The notes below the pieces were generated by a model, which was not told where the DNA came from, ran no database searches, and saw nothing but the letters and a program-made list of their open reading frames with translations. Both the position numbers and the translations under genes were made by a program. Below are positions 1 through 14,899 of a stretch of DNA of 64,000 nt, one piece after another (position 1 is the stretch's first letter; each line of letters opens with the position of its first letter). The DNA comes from Polymyxa betae A26-41 (taxonomy: Eukaryota; Protista; Endomyxa: Phytomyxea): positions 1 to 64,000 of the forward strand of contig RBZT01000562.1 of NCBI GenBank assembly GCA_003693705.1. Reading direction: 5' to 3'.

Positions 1-605
1 TCTAAATTGTCGAGTTCTAATACTAAGTTCCGTCACAGTATGGGGCCGCATACGGCATACGACAATCTCGGGCCAGTGTGATATCCAATGTCGTGTTTCG
101 TTGAGGCGAGATCCGGATCTGGGCTCGGGACGGCCCCAAGCTACAGGCGATTGTGAAACCGATCAGAATACAGAACCTGGCGAACATGACTGATGCCTGT
201 TCATTGAAAGCGATTCTCACAGTTCGGCTCAGTTACGTTATCTTCCACGATATTTGTACTGCAAGCGTTCAGGCTGATGGGGCAATTGCAGTAAAATTCG
301 ATAATCTGCTTTTTTCTGATTGGATCGTTCGACGTCGTCGCCGCGTTGATGGCGTCGGCGGAGCTCAAGGAGGGTTCCAACCCACGTTTACCTCCGAATG
401 AGTTCTGTCAATCCTGCCTGCAGCATTCTCAGGTTCAAAACTTTTTATATTGCGGATGGAAGGTCAATAATGGTGGAGAATGGATGAAAAAAGAATTGGC
501 GACGGCCTAACAGTGGCCTAATTTTCGTGGATCTATAAAAAAAATTCGAGGATGAGCAGCTCCCAGACAAAGCGCGTGGCCCCCATCACTGACAACAATT
601 GAAGC

Positions 606-699
606 NNNNNNNNNNNNNNNNNNNNNNNNNNNNNNNNNNNNNNNNNNNNNNNNNNNNNNNNNNNNNNNNNNNNNNNNNNNNNNNNNNNNNNNNNNNNNN
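606..699. other. Assembly gap (94 N)
   Basis: N run flanked on both sides by the same 14-mer ACAACAATTGAAGC, suggesting overlapping contig ends. Confidence 0.95.
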
Positions 700-1045
700 A
701 CAACAATTGAAGCAGAGCTTTGCGGTCGCTTGTAATACGGTCAGATTGAAGTAATAGTTTCAGCAGGCATGCCATGATGACTTCATGAACGTGGATAGGC
801 GTTTGGTCATCTGTCGGGCTATTCCCTTGATCCATGGTGCCACGATGTTGCTTTCTGGTAGGTCTAGAGCGACTTGGATATAACATTTCTTAGATTCTGA
901 CATCGTCACATTATAGCTCGCGATTCTCATCGTTCTGCCCGAAATTCTCGCTAGCTTTCATTGCAAAGTATAGAGAGCTCGTCGATGCATATACGAACGG
1001 AAGACGACAAGGATCTCGATCGCAATCCGGCACGCGGCCGGCTGC

Positions 1046-3437
1046 ATGAATCTGTTTCTCACAGATCCGCGCTGCAGAATGTTGCTTCTATATTTGACGA
1101 TATTCGGAGTGGCGTTTGCTGCACCAGCGCCGTCCTATAACGAGCTGTTCTCGGAACCGTATCGGAATAAGATCAGCGCCTCGAATGGGTTTTATCGCGC
1201 TCAGACGAATATCTCGGCGGTGACGGTCTCGTATATGGCCTTTGTTCAGGTCCCGTCCACGACATCGTCGAGCAGGGTCATCTTCACTGTCCATCCGAGC
1301 AACGAGTTTTCGCAATCGCTTCCGAAAGTGTTTCTCTATCAAGACATCTATCTGGCTGCCAACCTCACAACCACCTTCGGCACTGAAATGGTCATTGGAC
1401 CTTCTATCACCCGTGACGTCTGGTTCTTGTTCGGAATCTCGATCACCAACGGCGTCAATCGCAACGTGAAATTCTACGTGTCGTATCGCGTAAGCACGGC
1501 GATCTCCAACACGACCTATCTATAAAAAACGGTGACGATCCAAGGCAACATGCTGACATCCAGTGCATCTGTGGTCGATCTCAATAATGTCACTCTAACG
1601 ACGAACCCTGTTCCTGTCTATGTGATGCAATTTCGTGTGTTCTCGGTCGCTATGGACTTCCCGGATTTCGATCTGTTTCGCTTTAACTATCCGCCGCTAT
1701 ATTCGTACCAGAGCGGCTCGTCGATCGGAGGGACGGCATTCGAGAAAGCAAGCGCCGCTGCCAATATCTCCTGCCCGAATAACCTCGTGATCGCCTCAGT
1801 GGATGAAGCGTATTTCGGTCGTCCTTCTGGGGTGTTTCCCTTCATATCGGCGAATCCTATCTGTGATCTGTGATCTTCCGCTATTACAGCTGTTCGGAAT
1901 GAGTGCCTCGGCAGCCGCTTCTGCATCCTTCCCAGGACGACCAGCGATTTCGGAGCCGATCCATGTCCGGGTTGGTCGAAATGGATCTCTGTCTCTGTTA
2001 GCTGTTCCACCACCGCGGCCCCGAGCTCAGCGCCTTCTTCATCTCCTTCAAGGTCAGCGCCTTCTTCATCACCTTCAAGATCAGCACCTTCTTCCTCTCC
2101 TTCGACCGCAGCGCCTTCTTCCTTTGTCTCAACACCAGCGCCGACTTCCATGCCGACCTCCGCGCCTACCTCATCTGTGTTGCCGGTGATTCCCTCTGCA
2201 ACGCGAACGCCTTCGTCGCAGGCTGCTCCCAGTGCTTCTGCGCCTTTCGCCCTCTCAACAGTAACATCCAGTTCGCTGCCAACTTCTACGGCCGCTCCGC
2301 TTCCAATGATGGTCACCACCCCATCAGTGACCTCTTCGTCACATCCTGAGACAAGCACTTCTCTCTTTACAACGAGCGCGATTCCTTCGACGTATGCTCA
2401 ATAGTTTTTTACTGATTTTTTGGTTTCAAGATTCTCGTACCAGTTTATCTTCGTAAAGCGTTTAAACCTTTGAACTTTCAGCACTGAAAATTACGGTGTT
2501 GCTATTGCAATTTCTTTCTGTTGACTCTCTACTTAGATCTCGATCTCTGCCTTTGAAACTGCCTTTCAGTTACAACGCCTGGAAGGTTTCGCTGACTATC
2601 GCTGAATCGACATTGGGCGAGAGAGATTCGGTCCGAGAAGCCAAAATCCGATTTCTCATTGAAGACATGGGCTACGCTCTGGATACACCTTCATCTCGTT
2701 TCGTTCTGGTGCAATTCCAGAACCAGACGCAATTGTCCACTGTCCTTTCATTCGTGATTCGTCCCAACTCGACCGACCCGGATGGATCCGATTTGATCAC
2801 AGCTTTCTACAAGCAGATGCAAATTCTTGGCAGCTCTCTTCGAATCGCAGAATTCCTGAATGCCGCCCCAGACCCGCCCGTCTTGATCAGCATCGAAGCT
2901 GTTCGCGTTATTTTCTGTGCTCTTAACTCGTACGTGATAGATCCGACTCCATGTACGACTCCTGCTACCGTCTCAAGTTTATCGACAGCTACTGAATCAA
3001 CAATTACCGAAAATCAGATGCTGGTAGCATCCGGTGCATTGCTGACCCTTGCTATCGCTGCTGGCCTGATTATTTGGTTTCGGGTTAAACGTAGCAGACC
3101 GGCAAATGCCAGCGGAACTCAGGCACCAACCGATGCGAAGCATCTTTCGGCAGATGTCGTCCAGCTAACGAACCTGGCCAATTCACAGCCATCATTCGAT
3201 AATGGACTTCAACTCGGAGCGAGCTGTTCCAAGCTGAATAGCTTGGCGCTGCCTTCGATGGCTAATGGATCGATGTGGGGAGCTCAGCAGACGTATTTCC
3301 AGTCGGCGTCGATGAGGTCGGAAGCTCCTTTTATCTACAAACAGTGCTCAATATTTCAACTCGACGTCTTGAAAAAATCGCAGCGCTTTGTGGCATTCAT
3401 GATGCTTCACGAACATTTCCAGACCTTTCAGTTTTAA
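1046..3437 (+). pseudogene. LamG-like/SUEL-lectin type I membrane protein, paralog A, with two in-frame stops
   Basis: One continuous frame broken by TAA (1523-1525) and TGA (1871-1873). Collinear with paralog B (TTYL*KTV vs PTYAIKTL; CDL*SSA vs CDVGASA). SUEL motifs CPNN..YFGR..CLG..C..FGADPCPGWSKW. Phase-2 intron 2392-2536; TM LVASGALLTLAIAAGLIIWF. Confidence 0.8.
2027..2122 (+). repeat. 27-bp coding tandem repeat (SAPSSSPSR x about 3.5) in the Ser/Pro stalk
   Basis: Units TCAGCGCCTTCTTCATCTCCTTCAAGG start at 2027, 2054, 2081 and (partial) 2108. Confidence 0.9.
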
Positions 3438-3891
3438 TATTCATACAGATTATAGCGGCTATGCCTCTTCGATATGGTCAATGGTGCATGTCCCATAGAA
3501 TCTAGCAGTATAATATCTCCAACTACACGAGGAAAGTCTGATTCGATTTCATTCTAATCAACGAGGTTTACTAAATTCTGAACTTTCCCGGCAGCGGGTT
3601 GCTGTCAAAAGATCTCAGACCAGCATGCCGCCGCCCACTGCCCGCCGGCCCTATCCAGCGCCTCTAGACTCGGCTATTGCCAAAGCTCTAGGTCTGGCTG
3701 CACCGCCGCCAGCATTCCTATAAGCGATGACAAGCTGTGTTCTGTTAATTTACTTCGTCGACCGACTAACAAGGCTGTGTTTGTACAAGATGATGATGGT
3801 ATGGTCGTGATTTCAGACGTCTGCCGTGTGCCACCATACATCCAAATATCTCTGCCAGAATCTTTCACCTGCATGTGTACCGGTTGTATGA

Positions 3892-6040
3892 ATGTTCCTT
3901 TTATTCGTTAGTCTTTTATTCGCAGCGGAAGCTGCCGTTACAGCGCCACAGTTCAGCGAGCTGTTCTCACAGCCCTACCGAACCGTCTCATCGGTCATCG
4001 TGAAATCGTTCCAGCAACAGACCGATGTATCGAGCGTCGCTGTTTCCTATATGGGCTGGGCCCAAATCCCATCCAGCAAATCATCGAATCGTTTGATCTT
4101 CCACGTCCATCCGAATTCGGATCAGACGGTCTCGCTGCCGAAGGTCTATATCTATCAGGATAAGTTCCTGGCTGCGAACATAACGACCACATTCGGTAAT
4201 GAGATGCTAATTGGGCCCAATATCACACTCGACACCTGGTTCTCGTTCGGCATCGCCATCGATAACGGCATCGGCCGTAACGTCACCTTTTACCTTTCAT
4301 ATCGAGTGACGACAGCCATCTCCATTCCCACCTATGCGATCAAGACGCTGGGCCTCCAGGGCGACATGCTGACGTCCAGCACGGCCATGGCCACCGTCAA
4401 CGCCGTCTCACTAACGACGAACCCGGTCCCGGTCTATCTAACCCAGTTGCGCGTGTTCGCGGTGGCCATGGACGAGCTGTTGTTCGAAGTGTTTCGTACG
4501 AGTTTTCCGATGCCTTTCGTGTATCAGACCGGCGCGCAGATCACCGCGCTCGTTTTCGAGAGGTTAACCGTCGGTGCCAATGTTTCTTGCCCGAACAATT
4601 TGATCATCGCATCCATCGATAAAGCGATGTTTGGTCGGCCGGTCTGGCCGACGATGCTGCCGAACCCAGCCTGCGACGTAGGGGCGTCCGCGGTCGGCGT
4701 TGCTCAGAGCGCGTGTCTCGGCCGACGGTCCTGCCTCATTCCGAGGTCAAACGACGCCTTCGGATCCGATCCCTGTAAGGGTTGGAGTAAATGGACGGCA
4801 GTCACTGTCACCTGTAATAAGACCATCACGCAAACGATCGCTCCGTCGCTAGCATCGTCATCGCCAAGTTCGAGATCGCCTTCGGCCACAATATCGTCTT
4901 CGGCCACGAGATCGCCTTCGCCATCTTCAACGCTTTCCTCGAACCGAACGGTCAGCTTTTCGCCGCAAACAATTCCAGGCTCGAAACCAACAACATCCAG
5001 TACACAACCGACCACGTAAGTAGCTTTAGTTTATTAAATTTGGTGAATTAATGTGTTTGTTTTATCTGTTCTGCATTAAGTATTTCTGTTTTAAGCTTCA
5101 TTTGTTCAGGCCAATTTTCGCTTGCCTATAGTTAGGGCTCTTTTCTTGATGCTCTAAGGTTTCCTCGTTGGACTCACTTGGTTTTTTTATTGAATGGCTG
5201 TACAGGTCGGCATCGTCACCTTCAACATTGCCAGCCGATGCGAACGCGTGGCGACTGTCTCTCACCGTCGACGATTCCATCATGGGCATGTCGGACTCGG
5301 TCATCGGCATCAAGAAGTCGACTTTCATTGATGATATGAGCTTGGCTTTGAGTGAGCCGTCGTCGCGGTTTCCACTATTGCTGGTGCAGCTTCAATCCCA
5401 GACTCGATCATCTACCTCCGTCTCTTTCGTGATTCTACCCAGCACCGGCGACCCCGATGGCTCGATTCTCGTCGACCTCTTCTACCACATGATGCAGATT
5501 CCCGGCAGTAGCCTTCGCAATGGCGAGCTACTTCGATGGGCCGGCGACCCTCCCGTTCCTATCACCATTGAAGCAATTCACGTGTTCCAATGCGCTTCTG
5601 GCGCTTACGCTTTTGATGCGAATTCCTGTCCTTCGGCAGCCCCATCAACAGTATCATCAGCCAGTGAACCGCTGCTAGGCAGGATGCAGATCCTGATCGC
5701 CGGCAGCGTTGCTCTCCTGATTCTGATCGTCACCAGCCTGTACATTTGGATGCGCTTCCGATCTGTGACGCCTGCCGCTGCCACGACCATTCCCACCAAT
5801 GTCCAGCTCCCTGCAGTGAATCCTGTCCAGATGCGTCTTGACAACGTGTATGTTACAGGCAATTCTGGACGAGGCCAGAATCAAGCATCGGCACATTCGT
5901 CGTCGGCGTCGGTGAATGGACTGACTGCACCACTATCGTATAACGTATCTTCGTCAAGGGACTCGACTGCGGCCGTTAGTCCTTCAATACGGATTGAAAG
6001 CGGAGAAGGTCGATATTCTCAATATTTTTCAAGATCATAG
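3892..6040 (+). CDS. LamG-like/SUEL-lectin type I membrane protein, paralog B
   Basis: Signal peptide MFLLFVSLLFAAEA; SUEL domain (CPNN..MFGR..CLGRRSC..FGSDPCKGWSKW); S/T/P stalk; phase-2 intron 5016-5205 restores frame; TM ILIAGSVALLILIVTSLYIWM. Confidence 0.85.
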
Positions 6041-7015
6041 AAAATAGCCTAGATTGTAGCAATTGAATGCTTCACATTGGCAATGTTTTCAAGAAAAAAT
6101 TAAACAAAACTTCACTAAGGTGGCAAAATTTCTATAAGCTGAACTCAGTTGTATTGTTCTCGCCTTGATGAGGAAGCATGGTGCTGACGACCTGCGGAGC
6201 CAGACGTCTACAGTTGATCGAAGCGTGTTTGTTGGACAGCGATTCCAGGACTCACCCGGGTAACTACCATGCGCTTTCCTGGTAATCATCGTTAGGCATA
6301 CGATTGGTGATTCCTCCTTTGATCGTGCCCTCTCGTTATCATTTGTCTGGAATAGATTTTTGAATTGAATGCTAAGTAGGGCCTGAGAGCGGCTATCAGT
6401 ATAATAATATCATGACCGGGATTGGTTCAAGCAAGGCCTTTGATGAAATATTAGGGACCGAGCCATATATCAAATCGACCCTCGTGAATCAACAATCCAC
6501 ATCACAGTGAATCCGAGCTGATATATTTAGTTATGGGCGCCATTAAGAAGCGAATAGGCGACACATGATCCACTTGTGCAGGAGCGGCGTTAACAACTCC
6601 TGCTTGCGAGTTTCTGACATCTTCCAGACACGTTTTGGTGTATTTAAACCGGTTCTGGGCAATATTGGACCTCAGGAATGATTTATAATCTGCTATCCCA
6701 TCCGATGATCACAAATCAATCTATTGAATTTTTTTGCAGTTGCCAGTTCACTCAATCTCGAACGACCTTACGACGGTGGTGCGAACGTCCAATCGAAACC
6801 GCTGGAGGTGTGGTGAGTTGATCGCCAGTCGATGTTTGCGTACGGCATGATTTTCCTGAGAGCCAGCACAGCCACGGAGAGATCGGCGCGGGAATATCGC
6901 GAATGGATGGGCGCGTGCAACGCCGCGCTTGGCAATATCTTCGCGTGGCAATAGATAGCGAGGCTGCGATTGCGTGTTTCACACAACAGCGGTAACGTAA
7001 ACACGTAACGCAACG

Positions 7016-9130
7016 ATGCGGCTCGGCCTGGCGCTGCTGCTGCTGCTGGCAGGCGCGGCCCAAGGGGCGACCCCGCCCCCCTGGACGATGCTGTTCGGCC
7101 CGGCGTACCGGACCAGCACCGAATCGACCGTCGCGGTGTCGTCGTCGTTCACGGCGTCCGCCAATGGCGTCTCGTTTCAGGGCTGGGCGCAGGTCCCGTC
7201 CTCGAATGCGCTGCGGACTCGGTCGCTGTTCGCCCTCTATCCGTCCGAGTCCAGTACGGTGCCGCTGATCAGCGTCTGGATCGCTAATAGTCGGTACCTG
7301 TGCGCGAACCTGTCCACGTCGGCAGGGGCGGAGTCCGTGACGGGCCCGAATATCACCACGGACTCGTGGTTCTCGTTCGGCGTGGCGGTCGGCGTGGGCA
7401 CGGACCGCGGCATCCGCTTCTATGCGGCCGATATGGTCAACAGCGGGATCCAGAACCCGACCTATTCGTGGGCTCCGTTCGGACTCCGTGGCGACCTCCT
7501 GCCGTCCAGTGCGGCCGTCGCCGTCGCTCCCGCTCTGTCACCAACAACGTCCCCCGTCCCGGTCTACATGACCACGTTGCGCGTCATCACCGGCGCGATC
7601 CAGTACGACACGTTCGGGTTGCTGACCAAAGACGTGCCGGCGCCGTATTTCAATCTGGTATGGTGGGGTGTGCTAGGGTTTAGGGTTATAGGGTTTTAGG
7701 GTTTCATTTAGGTCGGGAATGTTGTAGGCGGAATAGCGTTCGAATTAACGACCTCGTCGGCAAATGTATCATGTCCGTCCGGGATGAAGTTCTCCTCTGT
7801 CATTACAGCTCTGTACGGGCGTCCGCGCGGGATCTGGCCGAACTCGGCGGCCAGTCCGATTTGTAATGTCGGGACGATAGCAAAGACGGCGTCCGCGTGT
7901 CTGGGCAAACCCTGGTGTATTGTCCCGCATTCGAATGATCGATTGACCGATCCATGCGTGGGCCGAGTCAAATGGCTGTCCGTGGCACTGACATGTTCCG
8001 CACCCACGGTATCTCCGCAATCGATGTCACGGACGCGGTCATTGTCTTCGTCGACCAGTGCACCGGTCACTTCGAACTCGTCGTCCAGGTAAACTCACAG
8101 CATGCGCGCACTATTTGCCCTTCGGCAATTTTTACCTTTTCGCTTGTTGAGACTCGCGCAGTTTTTGATCTTTTTACAGTCGGACTTTTAGAACTTAACT
8201 CAGAAAAACGTTTTTTTTTGAGACTGTGCTAGGCCGACCACGTCACGGAAATTATCGTCATCGGGCGCCTGGCAGGTCTCTCTACAGGTCTCACAGTCGA
8301 CTTTGGGTGTTAATCAGGACGCTCTGAAAGACGCACTCGTCCGCGATCTGAGCGCGGCCCTCCGGGCCAGCACGGACCGGTTCGTGCTGGTCGCATTCGG
8401 AGTCCAGACCCCGCTCTCCACGCTGGTCTCGTTCGTGATTGTCGCCAATGAGACCGACCCGGACGGCATCGTCCTGCTGGACGCGTTCCGGACGCAGTTG
8501 CAGACTCCGGGCAGCGCAGTCCGTGCCGGGGCCGTCCTGTGCTCTGCCGCGGCCCCGCCCGTCTCCATTCAGGTCGTCGCCGTTCACCTGACCACCTGTC
8601 CGTCCGGTGCCGTGACTCTGGGCTCGGCCTCCTGCCCGGTCTCGACGCAGTCCGCCACGGCACAGGGCCTGTTCCAGCGCACTTTACTCATGTGGATCGG
8701 TCCCGTCGTCGTCATGTCCGTCGTACTGGTCGTCGGCGTCTGCTGCTGGGTCCGCTGCTGCGCGAAACCGCGTCCGGCCGCGCAGCCCATGTCCACGTTA
8801 CAGTCCACGGTCCCGGTCGAGTTCCCCTTCTCCGGTCCGGTCGCGTTCGCGCCCGATTCGCGGACCGGTACGACGATCAGGGGCCAGACCATGAAGCCGA
8901 GTACGGCGCCGTACCCGCCCGTCGTGCCGCTCACGTCGTCGTGGGACGGCGCCGCGGCCGTGTACGCCGCCGATCGCGCTTCGGCCCCGGCCCTGGACCA
9001 GTACGGCAGCTACTTTTCGCAGAACGACCTGGGCGACGTGGCTCTGGGCGCGGCCCACGCCGCTGACAGTTGGGGCGCGGACCCGCCCCAAGGCCCCTCT
9101 CAGGCGGAGCGGCCTGTTCCGGACTTTTGA
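7016..9130 (+). CDS. LamG-like/SUEL-lectin type I membrane protein, paralog C (GC-rich)
   Basis: Signal peptide MRLGLALLLLLAGAAQG; introns 7658-7711 (phase 0) and 8089-8232 (phase 2) give a protein collinear with A/B; SUEL motif CPSG..LYGR..CLGKPWC..DPCVGRVKW; TM followed by CCWVRCC. Confidence 0.85.
7674..7704 (+). repeat. Interstitial telomere-like repeat (4 units) inside a 54-nt intron
   Basis: TAGGGTTTAGGGTTATAGGGTTTTAGGGTTT. Confidence 0.9.
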
Positions 9131-9300
9131 GCGCGATCTCTCTGTCGATCTGGTCCGGCAGCTGTGGGCGCCGACGTGATGCCGCCAGCCTCTAACAGGT
9201 TAATGTTACAACATTCGTAACCAATCCACGATACAAAACCGTAACAGAAAGATCTCTGTTTTCCTCGTCGTCGTGTGTCGTGTTTTATAGGAGCCATTTA

Positions 9301-11054
<1,754 letters not shown>

Positions 11055-11412
11055 AGCGGCTCCAGGTCGGCGGCCTCCGTCTGAACGCGGCCCCCGAGCA
11101 AGTCCAGGATGATCGTCCTGTCTACTGGTGGTGGTCTAACACGACCTCAGTCCGATCAATGAGGGTAGGGTTCGGCGATCTCTATACCCAGAGATCAATG
11201 TCATTGTTCTTCGTAGATCGCCCACCCAATCCATCGGATGGTCATGATGGTTCTAGCGGTATGGATAGTGAGAGGGCCAGAAGTCCCTGGCAACATCATC
11301 AGAGCGTCTTGTCTAGAATGCCACCTTATAACAGCGAACCGATTTGTCGTTTGTTTGTCTCCTGTTTAAGCCACTCATATAATCTAAGTGGGGACTATTC
11401 GTGTCAAGAAAT

Positions 11413-11494
11413 GATTCGGTGGTGGAGTGGTTAACACGGTCGCCTGCTAAGTGGCTGCCTTCTGGGCGCGCGAGTTCGAATCTCGTCCGAATCG
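11413..11494 (+). tRNA. tRNA-Ser(GCT)
   Basis: Acceptor GATTCGG/CCGAATC, discriminator G, anticodon arm GTCGC-CTGCTAA-GTGGC, long variable arm, T-arm GCGAG-TTCGAAT-CTCGT; followed by a T-run Pol III terminator. Confidence 0.95.
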
Positions 11495-12140
11495 TTCTTT
11501 TTTTGTTTGTTCGAAGCTCGTCCAAACAGTTTTTTTTTATTTGAAAGCGAGGATGCTTTTTCGCCAAACCGCTTCCTGAAAAAATCATGTTGTCATAACT
11601 CTGACTAGAATGGTGAATCACTATTCTCTTAAGAAGAGTTTTGACAACCTTTGGGAGTTATCAAAAGCAAGTTCTATTTTGTGATAACTGGAATTGGTGG
11701 GTTTCCATGAAACTCACAGCAGGGTCTCAAAGCGTCTTTGGAAGAGTTTGCAGAACGACAACGAATTCAATATTCTTGTTGTGTTGAATCAGCGAAAAAC
11801 TTATCGAATCCAATCCATTCGTGCTATAACAAGTAAAATTGAAACCAATCGTCATGAATTTGGACTTGGAATTCTTTGAAATCGGCATCGCATGCTGCTA
11901 TGCATGGAGTGGGAAGTAGCTAGATGAACTCTCAACCATGTACAAAATAATCCAAACGCTTGCTCTTATCAATCGCGACATTTAACATATAACGCTAAGA
12001 ATATGATGTATGTGAAGACGATGCCTACATAATAACTATAATTTATTCACAAAACCGGGATGTTTACCACCAGGTTGGTAACTGCCATTGATCCATGGCA
12101 GCCTGAATAATATATCACAGGAGCAGAGCTTTGATGGGTT

Positions 12141-13548
12141 TTAACCAAACATAGACGGCGTTGACGAACTAGATGATTGTTGCGGCAGCGCCGACAGATG
12201 CTTTTTAACAAATGGATGATTGAGAACCTGGAGAAAGAGAGTTAGTAATAGAAAAGCGGAATCTGTCATTTCTAGCTGACCTGCTGTAAAGGAAGACGTC
12301 CCTTCGGGTTCTTCACAAGTAGCTGCGAACAACATGTTATTGAACAAAAAACAACCTCTTGCGACGAATACCTTGCTGATTAAATCTTTAGCATCAGGAT
12401 CCATCCAGGTTGGATACCGAATATCGACCCGAGCGATCTTCCTATAAGTTTCGTTATGGCCTTCGGTTTCAAATGGCGGCCTATGGAACAATATCGTCAG
12501 CCCTAATTCTAGATCAGAAAAGCTTCTAATACCTGCCAACTAGAAATTCATATGTTAAGACGCCAAGAGACCAAATATCGACAGTTTCTGGAAAAGATCA
12601 GGCCATTGCTATGCAACAGGAGACCAAGAAGCTTACCATCATGAGCTTTGCCTTCGATCATTTCAGGTGGTAAGTAGTCCAAAGTCCCACATAGAGTGGT
12701 TCGTCGGGAATTTGGTGTATGAACAGACCTGAGAATTGGATTTAGCAAAACCCAGACCAAACGCGATTAGCGCTTACCATCCGAAATCTGCAATTTTTAA
12801 TTCCCCATTACGACCAAGAAGAAGATTTTCTGGCTTGATATCTCTAAACCATAGATTGAGTATGTGATATGGAAGCGAGCTTCTCTTGCTAGTCGTACCT
12901 GTGAATAACATGTTTCTTATGACAATAGTCTAAAGCGCCTGCTAACTGGGCGATGTATTGAGCTGTTTGTCGATCGGAGAACCGCCCCTCTTTCTGAAGC
13001 TGCTTGAACAGCTCCCCTTTGCTGGCATACTCGAGAATGAGATAGACTCGAGTGGAATCATAAAAATACCCAAACAGCCGGAGAATATTTTCATGCCTGA
13101 ATCATATGCATCTGAGAAACCCCAATACAGCAACAATGGCAGAGTTTGGGTACCTCAGATGTGATTGGATTTCGATTTCTCGTCTTAGTTGGTATTCAAC
13201 GTTGGCTTTGGCCAACTGCGATTTAAACATAACCTGCGCACAGGCTTTCAGACTTTTACAGAAAAGAATCTGAGAATCGTCAAACAGACCTTAAGAGCGC
13301 AAATGAATTTCGATTTCTTTTCCCGAGCCAGATAAACATTGCCAAACTTGCCTAAAAACCAGCATTGGGATCTTACCGATATTATCAGCTAAAAATATGG
13401 TCGAACCTTTACCCAGACTTCGACCGATGTCGAAATCCTTCAGGGTCCAACGCTGTGCGGAGCTGCCGCTGCGCGAACGCTCCCCAGCGGTCATCCCCAG
13501 CCCCGCTCCGGGCGCGACATTCTCCTTCGATGTAGTAAACGCCGACAT
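12141..13548 (-). CDS. AUR: Aurora kinase; multi-exon
   Basis: N-terminal KEN box; [63 protein letters not shown]. Confidence 0.93.
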
Positions 13549-14279
13549 CACGCCACAATGACGACGGCACCCTCACGACGACGACGATATGGAGACGATA
13601 TCAATCTGAAGGACGCAATTAACTGGTACGCATCGATTCTTGCGTTACTACTTCCAACTGGACGCCCCAAACGCACCCGGCCGCCCCAGATTGCTGAGCC
13701 GATCTGGGAGGGAGTCGGCTGGGCGGCGCGACCTGCAAAGTCAGCAGGGCAGCCGGCAAGGCTCTGTGGTCGATTACAATAGGCGATAGTGTCTATTCAG
13801 GCAGAGGATGATCTGATGAGCTCGTCAAGGGGGTTGCCAGGTGATGGTTGTAACCAAAAGGGTCTCCAGTAGCAGCCGTGCATGGCCCATCTGGAAACGC
13901 GTTGACTGGCAACAAGCTCGAGCTATGCTCGGGTGTCGCTCCGTCTAATCATTGGTTTGTTACCTAATCAGTTTTATATGCATTTAAATATATAAGCATT
14001 ACGAATACAGAACACCATAAGCATGTTCTTTTTGTTTCAAAACCTCCTTTTCTAATGGGCTCATGGCACCGAGATAAAAAGGCGAATTGTATGGATTCAC
14101 TGTGCCATAATCGCCTCCCAAAATGAAGCAGCATTCCCATCACATGTGATTTGCAACTGGTTTCCGTCACCGATCCAGACATGTCAAACACAGGTTTGCA
14201 ATTTCGCAAAGAGATATGTATGAGAGATTACATTTTAATTGTGTCTATCCACGGCCGCTGTGCTGGCTCTGGGCATCGC

Positions 14280-14614
14280 TTTTTCGCACGACGACCCCAG
14301 GCCGAACATCGCGTACAGCCAAGCTCTCTCAGTACGTCAATGACATCGTCTACGAACGGTCGATGCTAACATTCGACCAGCTCGGAGCTGCCCTGCTGGA
14401 GACGGCCTCCTCCGCACTGGACCAGCACGACCTCGACGAGCCACAAGACCGCATGTCGACGAACGACAACGGGACGGGTCAAAGACGCGCTCGCAATATT
14501 TTTCCGGGCTGCTGCGTGTCGGGGGGGGGGGGGCAGCACGACTGCCCGAGCTGCCGTCATGACGCGCAGCCTGGCGATCGCTGCAGGTTGATAGCTGCTG
14601 CTATAAATGCCTGA
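14280..14614 (+). pseudogene. Probable decayed paralog of the secreted RING gene (copy 1)
   Basis: GTGQRRARNIF..CCV..HDCPSCRH resembles GAGPERARQYL..ACV..HLCPVCRQ; first half of the RING missing; G13 run. Confidence 0.45.
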
Positions 14615-14899
14615 TCTATCGACGTCCTTGGAGATATTCAGAATAGAGATAGAGACTTATGAATCATTAGGCGGGGAAGGACCCTACTTATCAATTATTA
14701 GTAAGGAAGGGCCGACCTGGTAACATTACATCTGCCGACCCGAAAGATCACGTCGACGAACCCTATCGACGTCACTTGCTGATTTGACAGATGATGTAAC
14801 GTTACATCTTAGCGACGCGTCGTATGAGGAGTTCCTCTCGATCAACGCTATATGATATGATGACGGATTCCATCAAAGATGGCCGAAATCGACCGGCTC

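Noticed and set aside
533-886. ORF spanning the N gap and flanking 14-bp direct repeat as a TE/TSD
   Set aside because: Better explained by overlapping contig ends; no transposase or terminal repeats visible.
1523-1873. Stop-codon reassignment
   Set aside because: TAA, TAG and TGA all terminate other genes here, and long conserved exons (NAT10, lectin D) have no internal stops.
14793-14822. 16-bp palindrome GATGTAACGTTACATC plus CGACGCGTCG
   Set aside because: About one 16-bp palindrome is expected by chance in 64 kb.
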